32,000 nt of DNA from Ruminococcus albus 7 = DSM 20455 (GCF_000179635.2 NC_014824.1:120001-152000); one strand, 5' to 3'; counted from the first letter of the stretch, positions 8,618 to 16,968 are shown. The notes: a model not told the origin generated them from the sequence alone. Numbers and translations are program-made.

Positions 8618-9124
8618 TAGTTATTGGTAGATGTAGATCTAAAGGAGTTTTTGTCGACCACCAAATCGTTTTTTAACAAATTTGCGACACATGACGTGTT
8701 TACGAACTTTACTCTGTAAATCCACAACAAGTTGCTGTGAATTTAGATACTGACGTCCAAGACTCACTCTCAAACCTCTCGTTTCAAGGGATTTGTTGTC
8801 AGTATGACATCAAATGCTGGCTTCCGAGACACGTTGAGTGCATAGTTCTGCTGTTAAGAGGGAAATCCTAAAATAGCGTATTTACGCGATTTATAGGCAT
8901 CACCCTTTTTCGATAATAGCAGTTTTACCCACTCAAAATTTGTATGAGGAAACAGGTAAAAGGGCAAAAACACGTACACGGCGCGTTTGACAATCAATCT
9001 GCACACTTTGATTTTTGACAACTATAGGAATAATTAGAATACTTATTATATATACTATAATCATCGAATTTTCATGATCAGAATCAAATAATAGCACAAA
9101 ATTTCCTAATTTTAAATTTTAATA

Positions 9125-9153
9125 TTGACTTTTGAAGACTTATGCGTTATAAT
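9125..9153 (+). promoter_or_regulatory. Near-consensus sigma-A promoter for the ATPase/TOPRIM pair
   Basis: TTGACT (9125-9130), 17-nt spacer, TATAAT (9148-9153). This places the ORF-track ATG at 9142 inside the promoter. Confidence 0.6.
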
Positions 9154-9174
9154 AGAACTGAAAGGAGTATTGTT

Positions 9175-10566
9175 ATGAAAAAGGAGAAAACTAGAATCAT
9201 AAGCATTTCCATTGAAAATATTAAAAATGTTTCTAAAGGCTCGGTGCTTTTAAATAATATAAAAGAGGATTCCATGGGTGCAAGTGTAATTGGCGTTTAC
9301 GGACAAAATGGTTCAGGTAAAACTGCACTTATATGGGCTATTGGTTTTATAAAGGATGCTATTTCTGGAGCCATTCTGCCTATGGACTCACATTATTATA
9401 TACGCCAAAAATCAGAACGAACACTTATTCAGGTGAAATTTGAAATAACAATACTTGAAAGAATATACGATGTATATTATGGCATTTCATTTGGCACAAC
9501 AAACGATAGAATTCAGATACTTTCTGAAAGCATCGACTATAGTGCTAAAGCAACTGAATCATTACCAAGAATAAACAAAACACGAATTATTGGTATTGAT
9601 TATCCAATGAACTCTACGGGTCTTGATGAATGCTTTTATATCCCCGATACTCGTATTGATGAAATGGCAAGAATAAATAAGCCTGTTCGTCAAAAGCTGC
9701 TTGTTCTTCAAGCGTTGGCAAACGAAAAAATGACATCTTTCATTTTTAATGACAAAATGATGGAACTTTTAAAGGCATCATTTACTAATGATATCTTCTT
9801 TAAAATATTAGATGAACTCCGCTTTTTTGCACGAATGAATCTTTTTGTGCTTAATAAAAACTCGGAATCATCATATAATATGAATCTTCTTCCGTTAAGT
9901 ATGCGATTGAGCACACAGAATACTATCTCAAAGTCAGATGCAATTCCAGTTGGGCTCGGTCAAAATAGTGCTTCGGCTGATGCCTTTAGAACCATTCAAA
10001 GTATAATTGCGCAAATTGATCTTTTAATCGGCAATATTGTGCCTGGTCTAAAAATTGACATAATCAATAAGACATCACAATTTAATGAAAGGGCAGAAGA
10101 AGAGCTGGTATTTGAATTAGCATCTAATCGCAATGGCATCATTACACCTTTAAGATATGAATCCGAAGGAATCAAGAAGATACTATGTATTTTGAGTTCA
10201 TTGATAGCAATGTACAATGATAGTTCAATATTTGTTGCCATCGATGAAATGGATGCAGGGATCTTTGAGTATCTGTTAGGTGAAATACTTGAAACAATCA
10301 AATCTACAGGAAAAGGACAGCTTTTATTCACATCCCATAATATGCGACCTTTGGAAGTGCTGGATAATTCAAGTATTTATTTCACAACGACTAATCCTAA
10401 TAATAAATATATTAAATTTACTGGAATCAAAAACAATAATAACCTGAGAACCACTTTATTGAGAACAATAGATTTAGGCGGACAAAAAGAATCAATTTAT
10501 GAAAATACAAGTACCTACCAAATTGGAAAGGCATTTAGGAAAGCAGGGGTGCTTGTAAGTGACTGA
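9175..10566 (+). CDS. ABC/SMC-like AAA ATPase (AAA_21/AAA_15-type, AbiL-i / RloA / AriA-like)
   Basis: Start moved to ATG 9175 (SD AAAGGAG 8 nt upstream). Walker A GQNGSGKT. A long inserted region between Walker A and an ABC-signature-like YESEGIKK. Walker B IFVAIDEMD. H-loop LLFTSHN. Confidence 0.85.
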   Translation: MKKEKTRIISISIENIKNVSKGSVLLNNIKEDSMGASVIGVYGQNGSGKTALIWAIGFIKDAISGAILPMDSHYYIRQKSERTLIQVKFEITILERIYDVYYGISFGTTNDRIQILSESIDYSAKATESLPRINKTRIIGIDYPMNSTGLDECFYIPDTRIDEMARINKPVRQKLLVLQALANEKMTSFIFNDKMMELLKASFTNDIFFKILDELRFFARMNLFVLNKNSESSYNMNLLPLSMRLSTQNTISKSDAIPVGLGQNSASADAFRTIQSIIAQIDLLIGNIVPGLKIDIINKTSQFNERAEEELVFELASNRNGIITPLRYESEGIKKILCILSSLIAMYNDSSIFVAIDEMDAGIFEYLLGEILETIKSTGKGQLLFTSHNMRPLEVLDNSSIYFTTTNPNNKYIKFTGIKNNNNLRTTLLRTIDLGGQKESIYENTSTYQIGKAFRKAGVLVSD

Positions 10567-11266
10567 GAGCAAAATTATTTTATTTATTGTTGAGGGAATG
10601 AGCGATGAAGTAGCACTTGCCCCTGCGCTTGAACAAATTATTACAAGCAATACAGTCAAATTCAAAGTAATGAGGTCAGATATTACCTGTGATTTTTCTT
10701 CTACAGTTAGCAATATTGAACGTAGGATTAAAAAATTAGGCGTAAAAAAGTTCCTTGATGAAAACGCTCAGTTTAACGAAAATGACATTTGCGCAGTAAT
10801 TCATATTGTCGATTTAGATGGGGCATTTGCACCAGATTCGATTGTTATTGAAGATAACACCATAGACAAAGCGCAATATCATGACGATTCCATTGTATGT
10901 AAGGATCGAAATCTTTTTTTACAAACAAAGAATAATAAGGAACTTATCCTGTTACATTTATGCACTTTAAAAGAGATAGCCATTCCTCATGGAATTAAAG
11001 TACCATATTCTATTTATTATATGTCATGTAATCTGGATCACGTTCTTCACGATAAGAGAAATTCAACAGTTGAAGAAAAGAAAAATAATAGTTTAGATTT
11101 TTCTGATAAATATGATGACCCACTATTATTTGAAAAGTTCTTTAATGAAGGAGACATTAAAATCAATGGAACATATGAGGAAACATGGAAATACGTTCAA
11201 CAAGGATTAAACTCTTTATTGAGAGGATCAAATTTCTGGATTTGTATTAATAATCATAAGAGTTAA
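10559..11266 (+). CDS. TOPRIM-type putative nuclease (RloB / DUF4435 / OLD-TOPRIM-like), partner of the ATPase
   Basis: GTG start overlaps the ATPase stop by 8 nt. KIILFIVEGMSDEV (TOPRIM Glu), IHIVDLDGAF (DxD), YMSCNLDHVLHD resembling the RloB S-N-x-x-F-E-x-W-L-L-H block. Confidence 0.7.
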   Translation: MTESKIILFIVEGMSDEVALAPALEQIITSNTVKFKVMRSDITCDFSSTVSNIERRIKKLGVKKFLDENAQFNENDICAVIHIVDLDGAFAPDSIVIEDNTIDKAQYHDDSIVCKDRNLFLQTKNNKELILLHLCTLKEIAIPHGIKVPYSIYYMSCNLDHVLHDKRNSTVEEKKNNSLDFSDKYDDPLLFEKFFNEGDIKINGTYEETWKYVQQGLNSLLRGSNFWICINNHKS

Positions 11267-11276
11267 TATGATTACT

Positions 11277-11306
11277 CCCGCACCACTGAATGACCAGTGA
11301 TGCGGG
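11277..11306. terminator. Hairpin between convergent genes (possible bidirectional terminator; no clear U-tract)
   Basis: CCCGCACCACTG (11277-11288) / CAGTGATGCGGG (11295-11306): 11 of 12 pairs, 6-nt loop. Confidence 0.4.
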
Positions 11307-11318
11307 GCTTGCTCTATC

Positions 11319-11537
11319 CTATTCATTTTCAACGACCATTCTTGCGCCCGACTTGAATTGGAATTCCAGATAAGTCTCGCCTATCTTTCCATTTACCACT
11401 ACCATCTTTATAGTGGTAATGCTGGCTACCTGCCAGAACATTGTTTGAAGTGTATGATTCCTTGGAGTTTTTTCTATATCTTTTTTTATTTCCCTAAAAT
11501 AATACTTTTCTCGCCTAAAAAGGCGGGATTTTTTCAT
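11319..11537 (-). CDS. Hypothetical small protein (72 aa)
   Basis: Open frame directly downstream of 11550-11771 on the same strand. No motif recognised. Confidence 0.4.
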   Translation of the reverse strand: MKKSRLFRREKYYFREIKKDIEKTPRNHTLQTMFWQVASITTIKMVVVNGKIGETYLEFQFKSGARMVVENE

Positions 11538-11549
11538 ATGAACAACCTT

Positions 11550-11771
11550 TTACTTACGAATATAAGCTATATCGATGCCAAAACACTGTGCTCCGACAAG
11601 CCATCCCGTAGATAATACCTCATATTCTAAAAGATCAGCAGGTACTCCATCTAATCTTCCGTGGTAATATTCCTCCACAAGACAATCACAATCATCATCC
11701 GGATTTCTTCCTTCAATTTTCACAATAGTGTCAGGCTCATTTTCTTTCACAAAATCGCTTATTTTAGCCAT
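11550..11771 (-). CDS. Hypothetical small acidic protein (73 aa)
   Basis: Open frame MAKISDFVKENEPDT... with AGGAAT-type SD context. No motif recognised. Confidence 0.45.
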   Translation of the reverse strand: MAKISDFVKENEPDTIVKIEGRNPDDDCDCLVEEYYHGRLDGVPADLLEYEVLSTGWLVGAQCFGIDIAYIRK

Positions 11772-11782
11772 ATAATCATTCC

Positions 11783-11925
11783 TTTATTTTAATATACTGT
11801 CTTTAATAAGTCTGAGGTTTTTGGTGTTCCAATCCCACGTGGGACCCTTTTTTTCGTTTTCTTCGATTTGAATATCAAGTTTCTGGATAACATCACAAAG
11901 AGAGGCAACTGATTTATATTCAGTT
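11783..11925 (-). pseudogene. C-terminal remnant of an unknown gene, truncated at the ~11925 junction
   Basis: Protein-like open frame without a start (...ATEYKSVASLCDVIQKLDIQIEENEKKGPTWDWNTKNLRLIKDSILK*). It ends 12 nt upstream of the 73-aa ORF and is closed by a stop just inside the GC-rich patch. Confidence 0.3.
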
Positions 11926-12298
11926 GCTGAATATCATCGACACTCTCACCGACAAGGGCGTTACCCTCGTCAGTCACAAGGAGAGCATTGATACCAACAC
12001 GCCTACGGGCAAATTCATGTTGACCGTGTTTGCTGCCCTCTCGCAGTTGGAGCGTGAACAGCTCAGACAGCGACAGCGTGAGGAAATCGAGATTGCTAAG
12101 GCACAGGGCAAGTATACGGGACGGAAACCTATCCCGACTGACTGGACGAGGTTCGGGCAGCTCTATGGGGAATGGAGAGCCAAGCGCATCACGTGGCGTG
12201 ACTTTATGCGTAAAATGGATATGTCGGCAAACACTTTTTACCGCCGTGTGCGTGAGTATGAAATTCGCAACGGCATCACCGAGCAGACCTCTGCTTGA
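11924..12298 (+). pseudogene. Serine recombinase (resolvase/invertase), 5-prime-truncated: catalytic N-terminus missing
   Basis: LNIIDTLTDKGVTLVSHKESIDTNTPTGKFMLTVFAALSQLEREQLRQRQREEIEIAKAQGKYTGRKP plus a C-terminal HTH (ANTFYRRVREYE) matches resolvase residues from ~aa 75 onward. There is no Ser-nucleophile segment. An abrupt AT-to-GC composition jump occurs at ~11925. Confidence 0.8.
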
Positions 12299-12516
12299 CG
12301 ATAACCGTCGGGCGAACGGAAATGCCCCACAGCACCGTCCGATCCTGCGGAGCAGAAAACTAACCGCTGAAAAGAAAAAGCCCTCAGAAATGCTTGTAGA
12401 GCGTTTCCGAGAGCTTGCGGTTAGTGTTCTGTTCCATTTGGGTATGTGCCTATTGTGGTATGCTCCACAATTCCGATTATGACCCCAGTGGAACGGTTTT
12501 TGAGTGTGCCAGTAGG

Positions 12517-13068
12517 CTATGGTCTAAAAGCAGTAACGATAATCCATTTATTGTCATCATATTCTAAATATAACCTATTTGGCATCCCATCATACCCTAT
12601 ATCATAGTTGTAAGTTTCACCATTTTTTTTATAAGTTGCATGATATTCACATCCATAAAAAAATATAGCTTTATTCTTATGCCTTAGTACATCTGTTTCT
12701 TTAATAACAAATTGTTCATCTGTTATCTCATAATTATTTTCGGATAGAAAATCACGAGGATTTATATATGAAAAAGTATGGTCTGATATTATTCCTTGTA
12801 ATTCCTCTGTCAGTGTTCCATTGTAATTTAAAGAATCGTTAACTACTTTATTACCTAAATTTTCTATCTCATCTTTATCTTTAGAATGCAGAATAAATCT
12901 AAGATCCCAAACATTTAAGTATTCAGCATCTGTTTTACTTGGCTGATTATCATCGTAGTATTTATTGTTCCAGTATACCGTTCGAGTAAAAATAAATAGT
13001 ATTATGCCGAAAGATAAAGCTGCTATAATCATCACAGAGATTAGTATAACTCTTTTTCTCTTTGTCAT
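12517..13068 (-). CDS. Membrane-anchored protein (183 aa), translationally coupled to the giant amidase-domain protein; candidate immunity/cognate partner
   Basis: N-terminal TM helix VILISVMIIAALSFGIILFIF after a KRKR stretch. Its ATG overlaps the upstream stop as ATGA (13065-13068). Confidence 0.7.
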   Translation of the reverse strand: MTKRKRVILISVMIIAALSFGIILFIFTRTVYWNNKYYDDNQPSKTDAEYLNVWDLRFILHSKDKDEIENLGNKVVNDSLNYNGTLTEELQGIISDHTFSYINPRDFLSENNYEITDEQFVIKETDVLRHKNKAIFFYGCEYHATYKKNGETYNYDIGYDGMPNRLYLEYDDNKWIIVTAFRP

Positions 13069-16000
13069 AACGCATCACTCATTTGAACAATATAAACATA
13101 ATCGTAAAGATAATCATTTGGATCTTCGGTATCTTCATCAGGAGTCATTATCTTATCTGAAAGCGGTGTCATACTTGCAGGATTTGAATGACCTGCATAG
13201 TATATTTCGGAATCATCGATTTTACTAATAATGGTTGCGTGAGTAACCTCTTTTTTGGGCTTATGAACATTATGGAAATATAGTGTATCCCCAACCTTTA
13301 TTTCGAGATGATTTTGAACAAAATCTGATATTGAATCTCCACGATTAATTTTATAATATGCAATAGAATATGTTTCTTTAAAATATTTATATTGTGCTTC
13401 AGCATCAGTCCATTTTAGAGACCATTTTAATGATAAATCTTGGGCTCTATCTCCCCATACGGTAGTTATGTAATCAAATAGATTATTTTTCTTAACATAC
13501 CATAAACTATTCATCTGCATTCCACCTGCATAAACACATTGTGAAACAAAATTAGCACAATCAGAATCGATTCGCGGGTATTCTGAATTAAAAGTATTAT
13601 AATATTTCTGAGAGTATTCATATGCTGCATTTCTATCATAGATAGTATCAGAAAGATTTAATGGATATTTGTCTCTACCATCAAGTGCTCCATCATCATC
13701 TGTATCATCATCAAAAGCATTTGTGGCTGCAATCAATTCATGATAGTCATCTAATTCATCATCATCAGTATCCGGATCAGTTGGGTCACTTGTTGGTTTA
13801 AACTTAAAAATATTTATTGTTTCAAATTCCTCATCGAAAGTTTCGACCATTATCTTTTGAATGTACAAAGATTCATTTACTTCTTGACCGTCGGTCAAAT
13901 CATCTCCATCGGAATCTGGCTTATTGGGATTTGTAAAAACCAATTTTCCGTTTGGGAGTGGAATACCTGAAATATACTCTATATCATTAGGAAGACCATC
14001 ACCATCGCTGTCCTCCATCTCTCTAAAGTCAGTCATATTATTGTAAGCATAACTCTCGTATATTTTAGTAAGTCCCTCTGCTGTAGTTGCTGTAAGAGGT
14101 GTTCCACCTGTATCATTAGCGTATTGTTTTAACAGCTGGCTATTAGCCCCGGAACCAAGTGCAACTGTATGTATTCTTATTCCATTGTTTTTACAATATT
14201 TTATATTATCATCGGAAACATTTACATCTCCATCGGAAAGAAGGATAATATTTTTCTTTCCATAAACATGATTTAATTCATCAATAGCAATATCAATAGC
14301 ACTGTTAGCATTCGTTCCTCCTCTATTGTAGAAGGAAGCCTTACCGCTTAATGTACGCTTATTATTTGTCATTTCGCACTCCTCAGATGCTGATGATTCG
14401 AAAGTAATAATACTTGCGTTGTCAAAAACAAACATTGACTCAACATAATTCTGTACTGCTATGTTTCTATAACAAGTTAATACACCATTATCGTCTTTAA
14501 AGCTTTTGTCATTGGTTGACATACTTCCGGAGCAATCAACGCATATTGCAGTATATGAAGGAATTGCAGAAAAAATAGCGGCGTAGGAATTATAGATTTT
14601 TCTCCAGTTATTAAACCATTCTGTTTTATCTACAACCATATACTTACTAAAATGTTCCGTTTCAATGGAAACAATAGAGTTTTCACTATCATAGAAGGTA
14701 TCAAGTTCTACAAACTCTTTTTTCTTTTCATCATACCATAAAAACATCAGATTGTCAAACTCTGTATCGCCCAGCTTGCTCTGATCTATTTTAAAGCTCA
14801 AAGTAGCTTTTTTATATTCTGATGAAATTTTAATAGAGAAAGGTTCTCCAACAAGTCCCACAACATCTGTACACATTTTGTCTTTGTTCATGACACTTTT
14901 AATTTTTGCAGTCTTCTGAAGATTACCCGTACCCTCCATAGAAACGATAACTTCTGTTACAGCACAATCCTCGTTCTCTACCTTGTGGGTAAATGTCTGA
15001 GAACGTCTCTCTTCGCCGTCAAGTTCACCATCATCGTCAGTATCGGGATCGTTGGGGTCTGTACCGAAATATATCTCGTCATCATCATTCAGACCGTCCT
15101 TGTCGGTATCCATTTCGAGAGGATCAGTGTAATATTTATCACCCTCTTCGCCGTCTTTGAGGTTATCTCCGTCGGTATCATCAGCATAAGGTCTTGTGCC
15201 TATCTCATATTCACGACCGTTTGAAAGACCATCTTCATCGTAATCTTCATCGTAATCAGATACGCCATTATTGTCTGTATCGATTTTCAAAGGATCGGTT
15301 CCGAGAGAAAGTACTTCATATCCATCAGGCAGAAGATCTCCGTCAGTATCAGCCTCATAAGGCTTTGTACCTATTTCCTTTTCTATAATGTTTGGCAGAC
15401 CGTCTTTGTCTGTATCAGCAAGATACTTCCAATCAGCAAAAGTCCAGCTTAGTTCTTCGGTTTCAGTACCTACAAATTCTGCCCATGTGTTGCTGTAATT
15501 GATGTTAGCACCATAGCGGCTGCTAATAACAACATTCTGTGCGATTATGATACCGTTCAGATTAAAATTGTCACAGTCGATGGTAACTGTACCAAATGGC
15601 GCATAGATCAGACCGTTCATTGAAGCTTGGCTTTCATCGATCTTTATATCACCGAATTTGGAATAGATCACAGCATTGTTGCCGTTGAGATTTCCGCCGC
15701 TTAGAGTAACATCGGAAACCGCACCGATTGCGGTATTCAGAGCCATATTGCCATTATATGACATCTTGCCTGTAACATATACAGGCGAATTTAGGTTGAT
15801 GTTCATCTCTGACAGAGTGTAATCATTATCAAAGTTCCTGCCATTATTGAACCAGCCGGTCATCAGCTTGTTGTGGATATAGATCATATCCCTGCTGATA
15901 TCGAAAGCTTTAGCGCTGTCCTGTGCATCGGTGGCGTTTTCATCATCGGTGACTACCTCATCAACAGCAAGTGCTTCGTTCTCCAAAATAGTACCATTTA

Positions 16001-16250
16001 CATTCGGATACTTTGCAGTTGTCGAATAAACACCGTTTGTACAAGCATTGCCATTGACCGTCAGATAATTAAGGTCAAGCTTAATGCCACCTAGTTCATC
16101 CGCAGCAAATATCGCATACGGATATGCTTCCTGCTTACTTGCAGAGTCAGCACTTGCAGGTAAAACTGCTGACATACTTGTTGTTATCATAGCTAATGAT
16201 AACAGCCCGGAAACAATACGTTTCTGGTTTTTTGATCGTTTTTGATCCAT
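13065..16250 (-). CDS. Giant secreted multidomain protein: beta-helix-like module + TSP3-type Ca-binding repeats + vWA domain + TSP3 repeats + C-terminal Amidase_6/NlpC-P60-like putative amidase
   Basis: Start moved to ATG 16250 (SD GGAGGG 5 nt upstream).
Domains, numbered from the ORF-track M1:
- Signal peptide LLSLAMITTSMSAVLPASA.
- Module with GLIYAPFGTVTIDCDNFNLNGIIIAQ (aa ~55-265).
- Asp-rich repeats DTDKDGLPN / DTDGDLLPDG / GTDP...DTD (aa ~291-427 and ~758-872).
- vWA MIDAS VDCSGSMS, GGTNANSAI, IILLSDGD (aa ~578-745).
- C-terminal YDRNAAYEYSQKY...DCANFVSQCVYAGG...THATIIS...YAGHSN (aa ~883-1040). Confidence 0.88.
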   Translation of the reverse strand: MDQKRSKNQKRIVSGLLSLAMITTSMSAVLPASADSASKQEAYPYAIFAADELGGIKLDLNYLTVNGNACTNGVYSTTAKYPNVNGTILENEALAVDEVVTDDENATDAQDSAKAFDISRDMIYIHNKLMTGWFNNGRNFDNDYTLSEMNINLNSPVYVTGKMSYNGNMALNTAIGAVSDVTLSGGNLNGNNAVIYSKFGDIKIDESQASMNGLIYAPFGTVTIDCDNFNLNGIIIAQNVVISSRYGANINYSNTWAEFVGTETEELSWTFADWKYLADTDKDGLPNIIEKEIGTKPYEADTDGDLLPDGYEVLSLGTDPLKIDTDNNGVSDYDEDYDEDGLSNGREYEIGTRPYADDTDGDNLKDGEEGDKYYTDPLEMDTDKDGLNDDDEIYFGTDPNDPDTDDDGELDGEERRSQTFTHKVENEDCAVTEVIVSMEGTGNLQKTAKIKSVMNKDKMCTDVVGLVGEPFSIKISSEYKKATLSFKIDQSKLGDTEFDNLMFLWYDEKKKEFVELDTFYDSENSIVSIETEHFSKYMVVDKTEWFNNWRKIYNSYAAIFSAIPSYTAICVDCSGSMSTNDKSFKDDNGVLTCYRNIAVQNYVESMFVFDNASIITFESSASEECEMTNNKRTLSGKASFYNRGGTNANSAIDIAIDELNHVYGKKNIILLSDGDVNVSDDNIKYCKNNGIRIHTVALGSGANSQLLKQYANDTGGTPLTATTAEGLTKIYESYAYNNMTDFREMEDSDGDGLPNDIEYISGIPLPNGKLVFTNPNKPDSDGDDLTDGQEVNESLYIQKIMVETFDEEFETINIFKFKPTSDPTDPDTDDDELDDYHELIAATNAFDDDTDDDGALDGRDKYPLNLSDTIYDRNAAYEYSQKYYNTFNSEYPRIDSDCANFVSQCVYAGGMQMNSLWYVKKNNLFDYITTVWGDRAQDLSLKWSLKWTDAEAQYKYFKETYSIAYYKINRGDSISDFVQNHLEIKVGDTLYFHNVHKPKKEVTHATIISKIDDSEIYYAGHSNPASMTPLSDKIMTPDEDTEDPNDYLYDYVYIVQMSDAL

Positions 16251-16568
16251 TTTAACCCTCCTGAATAAATTTTCATGCCGAATTTGCATGGCGAATTACT
16301 TATAATTGATAACGCGCGAAAGTTAATATATCATGTTCATTATAGAATGTCAATAAATTAGTATACGATTTAGGATTATATACTTAATTATTGTTAATCA
16401 ACCAAATTACCACATTATAGAATAGACAATTAACTCGATACGCAAAAGCAGTCACACTTCACTTATGGTTAAAACTAATCGATTTCGGTGTTTTAGAAAA
16501 AAAGCCAAAATTGAATCAAAATATGATCAATCAACAACAGTGATAGACAAATTCAACTCCATAAGATG

Positions 16569-16605
16569 AAAAACTCTGAGGTTCATTTTGTATCTCAGAG
16601 TTTTT
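16569..16605. terminator. Bidirectional intrinsic terminator (serves the minus-strand gene 16620-16835)
   Basis: AAAAACTCTGAG (16569-16580) / CTCAGAGTTTTT (16594-16605): a 7-bp GC-containing core flanked by A and T runs on either side. Confidence 0.7.
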
Positions 16606-16619
16606 ATATGATTTTCCGT

Positions 16620-16835
16620 TTATTTCTTTTTTTGTTTTTGCAATGCTTTCTTTAACTTAGAATTTTCTTTTTGCAGATTTCTTATCTGCCGATTTTGCGC
16701 AGAGATAGTATTTTGATGCTTTATCACTTCATCTCTAAGCCTGACTATCTCCTTGAACTTTTCATCCAGCATAAGTCGGTATCTACGGCAAATACCCGCA
16801 AATTCCAGGCATATTTTGCTGTAGTTTTCATTCAT
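16620..16835 (-). CDS. Small coiled-coil protein (71 aa), hypothetical
   Basis: Heptad-like, Lys/Gln-rich C-terminus (QNRQIRNLQKENSKLKKALQKQKKK). Followed by a terminator. Weak SD. Confidence 0.45.
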   Translation of the reverse strand: MNENYSKICLEFAGICRRYRLMLDEKFKEIVRLRDEVIKHQNTISAQNRQIRNLQKENSKLKKALQKQKKK

Positions 16836-16870
16836 TATCTGATACTGTTCCTAGGGAGAATTCACTTTGC

Positions 16871-16968
16871 CAAAGGCCCCGGTATATACGTTTTTCATAT
16901 TACTCATAGTAAGTTTATTTCACCTTATGTATCGTCACGACGTTCTCATATTCTGCGTTTACGATCAC
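16871..16968. repeat. Repeat R1, copy A (98 bp)
   Basis: About 95/98 identical by eye to 28465-28562, same orientation. Confidence 0.9.

Noticed and set aside
11789-11977. 62-aa minus-strand ORF spanning the 11925 junction.
   Set aside because: Crosses the compositional breakpoint and is antisense to the resolvase fragment. A different frame gives the more protein-like remnant reported at 11783-11925.
12030-12482. 150-aa ORF overlapping the resolvase fragment.
   Set aside because: Alternative frame of the recognisable resolvase sequence. Arg/Ser-rich, as expected for an off-frame reading of GC-rich DNA.
13674-15419. Asp-rich repeats of the giant protein considered as dockerin modules (cellulosome context in Ruminococcus).
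   Set aside because: The repeats are DxDxDG loops linked by GTDP/Y-x-x-DTD spacers and occur in runs of more than 6. This fits TSP type-3-like Ca-binding repeats rather than the paired F-hand-plus-helix layout of dockerins.
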